NCBI GenBank assembly: GCA_011049115.1
Contig: DSCM01000051.1
Location: forward strand, 8,010-72,009
Reading direction: 5' to 3'
Length of the DNA stretch: 64,000 nucleotides
Source of the DNA: Pseudomonadota bacterium
GTDB lineage: Bacteria > Desulfobacterota > Anaeroferrophillalia > Anaeroferrophillales > Tharpellaceae
Position numbers and translations under genes: made by a program. The notes below the pieces were generated by a model. It was not told the origin of the DNA. It was given only the letters and a program-made list of their open reading frames with translations, and did not search any database. Shown here piece by piece: positions 45,151-54,194 of the stretch. Numbering within the stretch: the stretch's first letter is position 1; each line of letters opens with the position of its first letter.

Positions 45151-47076
45151 TCAGCCGCCATAGGCCACCGCCGAGAGAAAGGCCTGGTCCTCCATATCCA
45201 TGTAATTGTAGGCAATCGTAAAAGTCAGATTGTCAAGCGGAGCGAAAAAGAGATCGGCTCCCAAAGCGTACATTTCCTTGTCGAAGTTATCACCATGTCC
45301 GGGAACGGCCATTTTGACCTCTTCCAGGGTATAGTGCGCATGCCCGCTGAGCGTGATCTTCGGGCTGAGATTGTAGGTCAGATGAGCCTTCAGTTTATGC
45401 GCGCTCTCCGGCTCGGAAGTCAGGTCCAGACTACGGCTGTTGTACATGACATAGTATTCCGCCGATTTCGGCGAACCGGAAAGAGCCATGTTCGGCACCG
45501 AACAGGTCGTCGGCGTACAACCCACCGGATCGACGTTGGCTTTCAGCCAGGCGATCATCGCCACCGGATCGGCGTACGCGGCATGCTCGTGCATAAAGGG
45601 ATCGTCAATATTCTCATATTCATACTTCAGACGCAGGCTCAGATTCTTGACGGCCCGACTGTTCAAAGCCAGCGAATAGGTATCCGTGGTGGTTTTCCAC
45701 TCGGCGTCGCGATCATCGACCACCCGCTCCCACCCGGCCACCAGATTGGTGCGCTTAAAGAGTTTAAACTTGAATTCCGCCCCATAGGTATCGGTGTCAC
45801 GCGACAAGGTCGATTCCCGGGTCCAGGGCCAGCCGTCATGCTCCTGTGAATAACCATGCAGACCATAGAGGGTGGGATCGACCGCCTGGGAATCGGCCCC
45901 CAGAGGATCGTAACTGCTGTCGTCGTAGCTGATAACCACGTCGTCGGCATCCAGATCTTCATGCCGATATTTGAACGACATGGTCATAAAGGACACCGGC
46001 GACGAGGTCAGACGTAAGGCGTAGGCATCGTAATCGTAACTGGGGTCGTCACTGATCGCCAGATCCTCACCAACGACATTGTCGGTAGCCGTGTTATTGT
46101 CGATCTGGGTATGCACATAGCTGCCGAAGAGGGTGGTGTTCAGCGGCAGAGCCACCTGGGCCTTGACGATATGCGAATCCTTTTCCGAATCCGGGGTCGA
46201 CGAATAAACCATATCGCCTTCATTCCCGAAGTAGGTAAACTTTGAATCCATGGCGCCGACGGTCACATACTGATTAACCGGCGGAGCCGAATTCTCGTCA
46301 AAGGTCCGACGCAGAAAGGTGTAATCGAGGGTGACCAGACCTAAGTGAGCCGTCGCCCCGATGGAAAAATCCTGGGTTTTTTCATCGATCTTGTGTTTGT
46401 CGGCCGCCAGATGACAGCCGCCACATTTACTACTCGTGCGGGTCTGCTCGTAGCCTTTGCGCTGTTCCATCCGGTATTTGGCATGAATCTTGATGAACTC
46501 GGCCCCGGGAATCAGGAACTCGTTCTCGGACACCAGCTCTTCCCGGGTCACGTACAGATCATCGCCCCAGGATTCGTTCCTGACCACGGCGACGTTGGCC
46601 CCCATCTTGGTCGGAGCCCCATAAGCCGCCTTCGTCCCGGCCGCCGTGTACAACGGCTGAGTCAGCGACATCCCGGTCGGAAAGGTAAAATCCGGGTCGA
46701 CATTGTAGTTGACCATGTCATCGTTTTCGAGCCAGTGAATAAACTTCTGGTAGCTGTTCTTGGTGCGGAAATAGCGCTTCAAATCGAGATCCACCCGTCC
46801 GCCGAGATCATCCTCATGCAGATAGTTGATTCCGAAATCGTACTTGATACCGCTCTGATTGCCGTTAATCGACATCTCGAAGGTGGCATTGCCGCCCTGA
46901 TCCGCCGTCAGGTACTCGGCCGCACCTTCCCGCGAGTCGTCGATATCAACCCCCTGAATCCCGATCCCGACGCTGCCCGTAGTCTGTCCCGCCCACGAGA
47001 GAACCGGTACCAGCGCCAGGCAGAGGGCCAGAATCGTGCATTGTGCAAAACGTTTCATGATCTCTCCTTCCGTCAT
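45151..47076 (-). CDS. N-terminal (major) segment of an MtrB/PioB-family decaheme-associated outer-membrane barrel protein; the likely true start is ATG 47058
   Basis: It has a signal peptide (MKRFAQCTILALCLALVPVLSWAG) after GGAGAG. It is long, rich in Tyr/Asp/Asn, beta-barrel-like, and directly downstream of a decaheme cytochrome gene. It ends ...AFLSAVAYGG-TGA without a terminal aromatic residue. Confidence 0.7.
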   Translation of the reverse strand: MTEGEIMKRFAQCTILALCLALVPVLSWAGQTTGSVGIGIQGVDIDDSREGAAEYLTADQGGNATFEMSINGNQSGIKYDFGINYLHEDDLGGRVDLDLKRYFRTKNSYQKFIHWLENDDMVNYNVDPDFTFPTGMSLTQPLYTAAGTKAAYGAPTKMGANVAVVRNESWGDDLYVTREELVSENEFLIPGAEFIKIHAKYRMEQRKGYEQTRTSSKCGGCHLAADKHKIDEKTQDFSIGATAHLGLVTLDYTFLRRTFDENSAPPVNQYVTVGAMDSKFTYFGNEGDMVYSSTPDSEKDSHIVKAQVALPLNTTLFGSYVHTQIDNNTATDNVVGEDLAISDDPSYDYDAYALRLTSSPVSFMTMSFKYRHEDLDADDVVISYDDSSYDPLGADSQAVDPTLYGLHGYSQEHDGWPWTRESTLSRDTDTYGAEFKFKLFKRTNLVAGWERVVDDRDAEWKTTTDTYSLALNSRAVKNLSLRLKYEYENIDDPFMHEHAAYADPVAMIAWLKANVDPVGCTPTTCSVPNMALSGSPKSAEYYVMYNSRSLDLTSEPESAHKLKAHLTYNLSPKITLSGHAHYTLEEVKMAVPGHGDNFDKEMYALGADLFFAPLDNLTFTIAYNYMDMEDQAFLSAVAYGG

Positions 47077-47077
47077 A

Positions 47078-48088
47078 TTATCTGGTTAAAGCCCGACCTT
47101 GTCCGGGAACTGTCTGGGATGGCAGATCACTACCGTGAACCTGGGAATGACACTGCGTACATTTGGTCGCGTAAGCCTGGGCCCAGAGATTCTTATTGCC
47201 ATTGAAGGTCGCATCCGCATCCACCGGATTGCCCATCCAGTCAGTAATCATACCCGACGGACTCGAGGTCCGACCGGCGTGGAAATGCGGCTCATGACAC
47301 TGCAGGCAAAGATAAGGTTCATTGGCTTTCTTGAGATTATTGGAAACCGTGCCATGCGGATCATGACAGATGGTACAGTCATCGGAAACCGGGGAATGCT
47401 CAAAAACAAAGGGTCCCTGATAACGGGCATGGCAATTGAGGCAAAGATCGTTGAGCCGCTCATCGGTCTTCAGATTCTTGACCATCGAACCGTGATTGGC
47501 ATGGCAGTCGCTGCAGACCATCTTGCCCTCCTTGACCGGATGGTGGGAAGGATAGTACATTTTTGCCCGCTCCAGGGCATGACATTCATAGCAGAGTTCG
47601 GGTTCGGCTTTTTCAAGCAGATTCTCGGCCACGGCGGGAGCATGAATCTTATGACAGCTGAGACAACCAACATCGTTCATCGGATGCGCCGTACCGGCCC
47701 AGTCAAAATGAGCGCCATCGCTGTGGCAGCGCAAACAAACCGCAGACGCCGTTCCAGGCTCCAGCTCCTTAAAAGAAATAATCTGGCCCGGATCTTCGGA
47801 TTCAGTGTGCAGACTGGCCGGGCCATGACAGGTTTCACAACCCTTCATGCCGATTGCCGTCTCTTTCGCCAGAATTCGATCATGGATCGAGCCGCTGAAA
47901 GCTGCCGCCAGTTGATCATGGCAGTCAGCACAAGACTCGCTACCGGCAAACTGCGCCCCGTCAACGGGCACCGGCAGTTTGAGAACGCTGGCTCTTTGAT
48001 TACTCAAAGTAGTACAGGCGGCAAAGCTCATGACCAAGGCCATCAGCAGTCCTGCACCCAGCAGAATCCAATGCTTTCTCATGTTCAT
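47078..48088 (-). CDS. periplasmic decaheme c-type cytochrome, MtrA/DmsE/PioA family
   Basis: 336 aa. I counted ten CXXCH motifs (CADCH, CETCH, CLRCH, CLSCH, CYECH, CSDCH, CLNCH, CTICH, CLQCH, CTQCH). It has an N-terminal signal sequence with a possible lipobox (SFAAC). Its size and C-terminal ...CHSQVHGSDLPSQ...GRALTR are MtrA-like. Confidence 0.85.
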   Translation of the reverse strand: MNMRKHWILLGAGLLMALVMSFAACTTLSNQRASVLKLPVPVDGAQFAGSESCADCHDQLAAAFSGSIHDRILAKETAIGMKGCETCHGPASLHTESEDPGQIISFKELEPGTASAVCLRCHSDGAHFDWAGTAHPMNDVGCLSCHKIHAPAVAENLLEKAEPELCYECHALERAKMYYPSHHPVKEGKMVCSDCHANHGSMVKNLKTDERLNDLCLNCHARYQGPFVFEHSPVSDDCTICHDPHGTVSNNLKKANEPYLCLQCHEPHFHAGRTSSPSGMITDWMGNPVDADATFNGNKNLWAQAYATKCTQCHSQVHGSDLPSQTVPGQGRALTR

Positions 48089-48865
48089 AACCTCTCTCTT
48101 CCTCCTTCGTTAGAAAAAAAATTCCCGCCCGCTTCGCGAAACAGGCCTGTCCGAAACCGATTTCCCTCCCGGAAATCTTCGGCAGCATACAGCAGGACCC
48201 GTCACCTCCTTTCAGAATAAAATTAACTGGAATACATTTTATTTTTTCTCGACCAGCCGCTGCGAACCATACATTATAAATGCATGACAAATACATCTCA
48301 GACAGGCGTCACACAGCTGAATATCATTGCAAAAGCTTCCGCTTCGTCATCGGCCGCACCGATTGTATTAAATTATTTTATACCTTCTGTCAATCACTAA
48401 AATTAGTCTGATCTTAATCTTGTTGTGAATTTTTTTTCACTACAACATCTTTATATTCAAATATTTACACTACGCTATAGACTCGTCGCCACCAACTGCC
48501 GGCCACCCCAAGGGGCTCAAAACACCACTGCAACCGCTTCGCAGTCAAAGGCCGTTCGCTCCTTTCGGGACCGCCATCCCCTGATCATACAAGTCAACCT
48601 TTCGCTTGTATTCCCCGTCTATTTTTGCTAAGAGGCTCGTTCGATCTAGCCTCTGGGGTAGTTTTTATAGTCAGCTCGCGGCTTTGCTTCTTCAGGCCAA
48701 AGTTCCTTACGTCGCCGCCGCAGCAGCCGGAAAGCCCTGACTCCCGAAACAACCGCAAGCCATCTTCGGAATAGAATAGAAATGACTGGCGACGCCGACC
48801 GGGCTTCGAACCGCATTTGAAAACCGCAACCCGACACGCGCAAAAAACGTAAGAGGTGAAAAAGT

Positions 48866-49735
48866 ATGGGTCTAAAAATTATTGTTACGGTCAAGCAGGT
48901 ACCCGACACCCACAATGTCTCGGGCAGCGCCATGAAAGAGGACGGCACCGTCAATCGCGGAGCCTTACCGACAATTTTCAATCCGGAAGATCTCAACGCC
49001 CTGGAAGAAGCCCTGAAAATCAGGGAATCAACCGGTGGTTCCGTCACCTGCCTAACCATGGGGCCACCCAATGCAGTTGAGGTTCTCAAGGAATGTCTTT
49101 ACCGGGGAGCTGACGATGTCATCCTGATCTCCGATCGGAGATTTGCCGGCGCCGACACTCTGGCCACCTCCTACGCCCTGAAGTGTGCCATCGAAACTAT
49201 CGGCCGCTACGATCTGATCCTTTGCGGCCGACAGGCCATTGATGGCGACACGGCCCAGGTCGGCCCCCAGATCGCCGAAAAGCTGAACCTGAATCAGCTT
49301 ACCTGCGTCGCGGAGGTCAAAACCGTCGACCTACAGTCAATCACCGTTACCCGGGAGGTTGAAGACGGATTTGAGATTGTCAAAAGCAAGCTCCCGGTAC
49401 TGCTCACCATCACCGGAACCGCAAATCAACCCCGGACCGCCAATGCCAAAAAAGTCATGGCCTATAAAAACATCGGTAAGGAGATCTGCAGCACCTCTTA
49501 CGATGAAAGTTATCTGAGCGCCGAGAGCGGCGCGATTCTGAGCCACATCAAGGAATGGAACGTTGAAACCATCGGCGCCGATCCGCTGCAATGCGGCCTT
49601 TCCGGCTCTCCGACCAAAGTTAAGAAGATTCAGAATGTCGTACTGACCGCCGGCGAAAGCCGACAGATCAACAACAGCGATGCCGGCGTCAGAGAGCTGA
49701 TTCTGGAACTCAGCCGGGATAATATCATCGGATAA
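48866..49735 (+). CDS. etfB: electron transfer flavoprotein beta subunit
   Basis: 289 aa. It carries MGLKIIVTVKQVPDT... and ...DLILCGRQAIDGDTAQVGPQIAEKLN. Confidence 0.9.
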   Translation: MGLKIIVTVKQVPDTHNVSGSAMKEDGTVNRGALPTIFNPEDLNALEEALKIRESTGGSVTCLTMGPPNAVEVLKECLYRGADDVILISDRRFAGADTLATSYALKCAIETIGRYDLILCGRQAIDGDTAQVGPQIAEKLNLNQLTCVAEVKTVDLQSITVTREVEDGFEIVKSKLPVLLTITGTANQPRTANAKKVMAYKNIGKEICSTSYDESYLSAESGAILSHIKEWNVETIGADPLQCGLSGSPTKVKKIQNVVLTAGESRQINNSDAGVRELILELSRDNIIG

Positions 49736-49849
49736 CCAGCCCTTGAGCAAACAGAATCAAGGTCCCCTGAAAAATGACGGCCGCGACCATCTTGGCAAGC
49801 TCTCGCGCGCCAAGATAAAAACTCTATGAAACCAAGGAGTTAATCAGGC

Positions 49850-50863
49850 ATGGACAGCAGAAAAAATGTTATGGTTTTCATTGAATCACGCTCCGGCGCG
49901 ATTGCCGACGTCAGCCTCGAACTGATCAGCGCGGCCGGCACCCTGGCCCAGGATCTCGGCGGCCGGGTCGAAGCCGTGGCCCTGGGGCACAACATCGAAC
50001 AGAGCTTGCGCGAACTGGGCCCCTACGGCTGCAAAGAAGTCTACTACATCGACGATCCCCGCCTGGCTCATTTTACCTCGGTGCCTTACGCCAAAAGCGT
50101 GATCAGAACAATCCAGACTCACAAACCAGGAGTCGTGCTTTTCGGTGCCACAACCATGGGTCGCGACCTAGCTCCGAGGGTTGCTTCCGCTCTCAGATGC
50201 GGCCTGACCGCCGACTGCACCGACCTTAACATCGGTGAGCACCAGATCAAAGACCAGGTTTTTCCCCAGACCCTGCTGCAGATCCGGCCGGCCTTTGGGG
50301 GCAATATCGTCGCCACGATTGTCTCACCGGATTCATTCCCCAGTATGGCGACCGTACGTGAAGGGGTCATGAAAATCGGCCGGCCCGATCCTCAATTACA
50401 GATTGAGATCACCAGAGAACCCTGCATCCTGGCGGACGATGATTTTCTCACCGAAGTCATCGACGTGGTTCACAAGGTGAAAAAGGTCAATCTCAAGGCC
50501 GCCCAGATCATCGTTTCAGCGGGCATGGGCGCCTGCGACCCGGAATCGATCAGACTGGCTGGCGAATTGGCCCGGTCCCTGGGGGGAGAACTCGGCTGCT
50601 CCCGCCCGGTGGTTGATGCCGGCATTCTCGACAAGGATCATCAGGTCGGCCAGACCGGCATCACGGTACGCCCCAACCTTTATATTGCCTGCGGAATTTC
50701 GGGTCAGATTCAGCATCGCGCCGGCATGTCCGAAGCTAAACGGATTATCGCGATCAACAAGGACCCACAGGCTCCTATTTTTGCCCTCGCGCATTACGCC
50801 ATTGTGGGCGATGTCAAGGATGTGCTGGCAAAAATGATCAAAGCTTACAAAGAAAAGGTATAG
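49850..50863 (+). CDS. etfA: electron transfer flavoprotein alpha subunit
   Basis: 337 aa. It has the C-terminal FAD-binding region ...GQTGITVRPNLYIACGISGQIQHRAGM...IIAINKDPQAPIF. Confidence 0.9.
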   Translation: MDSRKNVMVFIESRSGAIADVSLELISAAGTLAQDLGGRVEAVALGHNIEQSLRELGPYGCKEVYYIDDPRLAHFTSVPYAKSVIRTIQTHKPGVVLFGATTMGRDLAPRVASALRCGLTADCTDLNIGEHQIKDQVFPQTLLQIRPAFGGNIVATIVSPDSFPSMATVREGVMKIGRPDPQLQIEITREPCILADDDFLTEVIDVVHKVKKVNLKAAQIIVSAGMGACDPESIRLAGELARSLGGELGCSRPVVDAGILDKDHQVGQTGITVRPNLYIACGISGQIQHRAGMSEAKRIIAINKDPQAPIFALAHYAIVGDVKDVLAKMIKAYKEKV

Positions 50864-50874
50864 GAGTATTGGTT

Positions 50875-52611
50875 ATGGCCAATTTTTATCGTGACAACGA
50901 CGACATTCTTTTCCATCTGCGCAGTCTGGATTTAAGCCGGGTCATCGACCTTAAAGAAGACAGCTTCAGTGAACGGGCCGACTTTCCTTACGCTCCCAAA
51001 GACCAGACGGATGCCCGTGAAAATTACAATCGGGTGCTTGAAATAGTCGGCGAAATAGCAGGTGATTTCGCCGACCCCAGAGCTCGCGAAGTTGACGAGG
51101 AAGGGGCCCGTTTCATTGATGGAGAAGTGATCTATCCCAAAGGAATTCGGGAAGCCGTGGCCCGCATCAATCAGGCCGACCTCGCCGGTTTCACCTCCCC
51201 GCGCCGCTATGGCGGCATCAACATGCCGATCACCATTTTTTCCGCCGCGATCGAAATTATCTCCCGGGCCGACGCTTCCCTGATGCTGGTTTTCGGACTG
51301 CAGGGCTTAAGCGACACGATCCGCCGATTTGGTTCAGAGGAGCAGAAACAACGCTACCTGCCCCGCTTCGCCAGCGGCGAGATTATGGGCTCGATGGCCC
51401 TGACCGAACCCGATTCCGGCTCCGACCTGCAATCAGCCATGCTTCGGGCCCATCAGGATGACGACGGCATCTGGCGCCTGAATGGCGTCAAACGCTTTAT
51501 CACCAATGGCTGTGGGCAGCTTTCGTTGGTCATGGCCCGCTCGGAAGAGAATTCCAGTAGCGGCCGCGGTCTCTCCCTGTTCATTTACGAACGCGATGAT
51601 TCCATGAAAATCCGCCGCATCGAACACAAACTCGGAATCACCGGTTCACCCACCTGCGAACTCCAGTTCAACAACGCCCGGGCCGAACTTCTCGGCAAAC
51701 GCAAACTGGGCCTGGTGAAATATACGATTTACCTGATGAACGGCGCCCGCCTGGCCGTCGCCGCGCAATCTCTCGGCATTGCCGAAGCCGCCTACCGCAA
51801 AGCTTATCGTTACGCCAACGATCGCATTCAGTTCAAACAGCCCGTCAGGGATTTCGCCGCCATTTACGAAATGCTGACCGACATGAAGATCAACCTCGAG
51901 GCAGCCCGCGCCCTGGTCTACGAAACCTCAGTTATCGTTGACATCAAAGAAGGGATTGAGGAAAGAATCGAAAAACATCCGGAACGCGAAGCTGACCTTA
52001 AGGACGACGGCAAACGATACGCTCGCTTCGCCGCGTTGTTCACTCCACTGGCCAAAAGTTGTGCCGCGGAGATGGCCAATAAAGTATGCTATGACGCCAT
52101 CCAGATTCATGGCGGGGTTGGTTTCACCAAAGAATTTGATGTCGAGCGCCATTATCGAGACGCCCGCATTACCAATATTTACGAAGGTACAACCCAACTC
52201 CAGGTCGTCGCGGCGGCAGGGGGCATTATCGCCGGAGTAGTCTCGGAACGCTTGGGTGAATACGAAGAAAATAATGCTTTTGAAAAGCTTGGCGATCTTT
52301 TCACCACGATTAAAAAGATGCGCTCTCATCTGGAAATGGCGATCTCCTACATCAAGGAGAAAGGCGGCGGCGCGGTTCAGGAATTTCACGCAAGCCGACT
52401 GGTTAACATGGCAACCGCTGTGATAAATGCCTACCTGCTCTGCCGTTGCGCCCTGGTCTCCGAGCGCAAATACAAGGTAGCCAGGATTTTTATCGGCAAA
52501 GCCGGAATCAGAGTCCGCGCGACCCTGGATTACATCATGACCGATGACCGCAGCCTGATGGAGGATCACGGCGCCATACTGGACCAGACAGAAAAATTTA
52601 GTGGCGACTAA
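50875..52611 (+). CDS. acyl-CoA dehydrogenase (long, about 580-aa type)
   Basis: The ATG at 50875 follows GGAG. It has ACAD motifs (GSMALTEPDSGSDL, ...FITNG..., QIHGGVGFTKEFDVERHYRDARITNIYEGTTQLQ). It lies downstream of etfBA. Confidence 0.85.
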   Translation: MANFYRDNDDILFHLRSLDLSRVIDLKEDSFSERADFPYAPKDQTDARENYNRVLEIVGEIAGDFADPRAREVDEEGARFIDGEVIYPKGIREAVARINQADLAGFTSPRRYGGINMPITIFSAAIEIISRADASLMLVFGLQGLSDTIRRFGSEEQKQRYLPRFASGEIMGSMALTEPDSGSDLQSAMLRAHQDDDGIWRLNGVKRFITNGCGQLSLVMARSEENSSSGRGLSLFIYERDDSMKIRRIEHKLGITGSPTCELQFNNARAELLGKRKLGLVKYTIYLMNGARLAVAAQSLGIAEAAYRKAYRYANDRIQFKQPVRDFAAIYEMLTDMKINLEAARALVYETSVIVDIKEGIEERIEKHPEREADLKDDGKRYARFAALFTPLAKSCAAEMANKVCYDAIQIHGGVGFTKEFDVERHYRDARITNIYEGTTQLQVVAAAGGIIAGVVSERLGEYEENNAFEKLGDLFTTIKKMRSHLEMAISYIKEKGGGAVQEFHASRLVNMATAVINAYLLCRCALVSERKYKVARIFIGKAGIRVRATLDYIMTDDRSLMEDHGAILDQTEKFSGD

Positions 52612-52749
52612 AATCAAAGCATGCCGACAAATAACGCCGGCAATTTTTAATCTTGACAACCGTACAGCATAGATATAGAATACTTGCCTTTTTGTATTCA
52701 CAACGAGAGCTTCATACTTTCCTTAAAGGATTAACGGGAGAAAACAACC

Positions 52750-52926
52750 ATGGCTGTCCCCAAAAGAAGAACTTCCAAAACCAAAAAGAGACAACGCCGG
52801 TCGCACCTGGCTTTAACCGTTCCGCAAGCCGGCAGCTGTCCGAACTGCCAGGCGATTACCGTACAGCACCGGGTATGTGCAACCTGCGGCACCTACAAGG
52901 GCGAAAAAATTATTGATGTCGACTGA
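52750..52926 (+). CDS. rpmF: 50S ribosomal protein L32
   Basis: This ORF is not in the track because it is under 60 aa. My translation is MAVPKRRTSKTKKRQRRSHLALTVPQAGSCPNCQAITVQHRVCATCGTYKGEKIIDVD. It lies immediately upstream of plsX, as is usual. Confidence 0.9.
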   Translation: MAVPKRRTSKTKKRQRRSHLALTVPQAGSCPNCQAITVQHRVCATCGTYKGEKIIDVD

Positions 52927-52967
52927 TAACCTTCTCCCTTTTTGTGATTGATGGCCGGCGTTCCCAG

Positions 52968-54062
52968 ATGAAAATAGCTGTTGACGCCATGGGCGGAGAT
53001 CGAGCCCCGCAGGAAATCGTCGCCGGGGCCGTTGACGCAGCCAGGGAGTTAAATCTGCAGATTGTTCTCGTCGGCATTCAGGACACCGTAGAGAAAGAAC
53101 TCGAAAAGCACAACATCAGCAACCTCCCGATATTCATCCAGCCGGCGACGGAAGTTGTTGCCATGGATGAATCCCCGGGCAAAGCTATGCGCCGGCGGAA
53201 ATCTTCGATTGCGGTCGGCCTCAGGCTGGTACGCGACGGTCGGGCCCAGGGTTTTCTCTCTGCCGGCAACTCCGGAGCGGTCATGGCCACGGCCATGGTC
53301 ATCCTGAAGAAATTAAAGGGAATTGATCGGCCTGCCATTGTCACCTGCCTGCCCACGCTTAAAGACCCGGTTACCATCCTCGATGTCGGCGGCAATGTAG
53401 ACTGCAGCCCCCTGCATCTGGCTCAATTCGCCATCATGGGCAGTGTCTACGCCCAGAGAGTTCTGGATCGCAACCATCCGAGAATCGGACTGCTTAGCAA
53501 CGGCGAGGAGGAAGGCAAGGGCAACGAACTGACGCGCGCAACCCATGAGCTGCTGAAAAACAGTCCGCTCAACTATCTAGGAGCCGTGGAAGGACGCGAC
53601 ATCTTCACCGGCGAGGTTGATGTGATCGTTTGCGACGGTTTTGTCGGCAATATTGTTTTGAAAACCGCTGAAGGCCTGGCCTTGGCCGTGACCACCATTC
53701 TCCGGGAAGAGCTGAGCGCCAGTCCGATTCGCAAGCTCGGCGCGTGGATCTGCCGGCAGGGGCTGCGTCGCCTAAAACAAAGAGTTGATTATGCCGAGTA
53801 CGGAGGGGCGCCCCTGCTGGGAATCAACGGCAACTGTTTTATCGCCCACGGCTCTTCCTGCCGCAAGGCTCTAAAAAACGGTATTCGCTTATGCGCAGAA
53901 TTCTCCGAGCAGAGGGTTAACGACTATCTCCTTAACGAATTAGACAAAAACCATGAAATTCAGAGCTTGCTGCCGAAGAAAAAACTTTGGAAACAAATCA
54001 AGGAACGCATCATCATCACCAAGGACGCGGATACAGATGCGGGCGACAACCTCGAAGGCTGA
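52968..54062 (+). CDS. plsX: phosphate acyltransferase PlsX (ORF open from 52944)
   Basis: It carries MKIAVDAMGGDRAPQEIVAGA... and ...VCDGFVGNIVLKTAEG... Confidence 0.9.
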   Translation: MKIAVDAMGGDRAPQEIVAGAVDAARELNLQIVLVGIQDTVEKELEKHNISNLPIFIQPATEVVAMDESPGKAMRRRKSSIAVGLRLVRDGRAQGFLSAGNSGAVMATAMVILKKLKGIDRPAIVTCLPTLKDPVTILDVGGNVDCSPLHLAQFAIMGSVYAQRVLDRNHPRIGLLSNGEEEGKGNELTRATHELLKNSPLNYLGAVEGRDIFTGEVDVIVCDGFVGNIVLKTAEGLALAVTTILREELSASPIRKLGAWICRQGLRRLKQRVDYAEYGGAPLLGINGNCFIAHGSSCRKALKNGIRLCAEFSEQRVNDYLLNELDKNHEIQSLLPKKKLWKQIKERIIITKDADTDAGDNLEG

Positions 54063-54152
54063 GTCACAGGTTCCTAACCAACTTACACAAGCGCCGTCCC
54101 TCCTGAATCGAAGAGCGCCACATACCAGAATTGATTAATTTATTTTGTTTTC

Positions 54153-54194
54153 ATTGACATTGATCAGGCAAAACTTCTATAGTAAACGGTACTA
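54153..54194 (+). promoter_or_regulatory. sigma-70-type promoter with an overlapping palindromic operator-like site, upstream of fabD
   Basis: TTGACA (54153-54158), an 18-nt spacer, then TATAGT (54177-54182). ATAGTA-AACGG-TACTAT (54178-54194) is a perfect 6-bp inverted repeat overlapping the -10/+1 region. Confidence 0.55.

Noticed and set aside
45106-45153. Reading the in-frame TGA in the porin as a selenocysteine codon.
   Set aside because: The only nearby structure is a 5-bp hairpin with a 3-nt loop, about 19 nt downstream. It does not resemble the larger bacterial SECIS stem-loop with its conserved apical features. Sec in an outer-membrane barrel also has no precedent that I know of. It is kept only as a low-probability alternative in the finding.
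48089-48300. A GEMM-I (c-di-GMP / cGAMP) riboswitch upstream of the decaheme cytochrome gene, as seen before cytochrome genes in Geobacter.
   Set aside because: The conserved GGCAAACC / GGGACGCAAAGCC-type blocks and the tetraloop/receptor architecture are not present in the leader on the minus strand.
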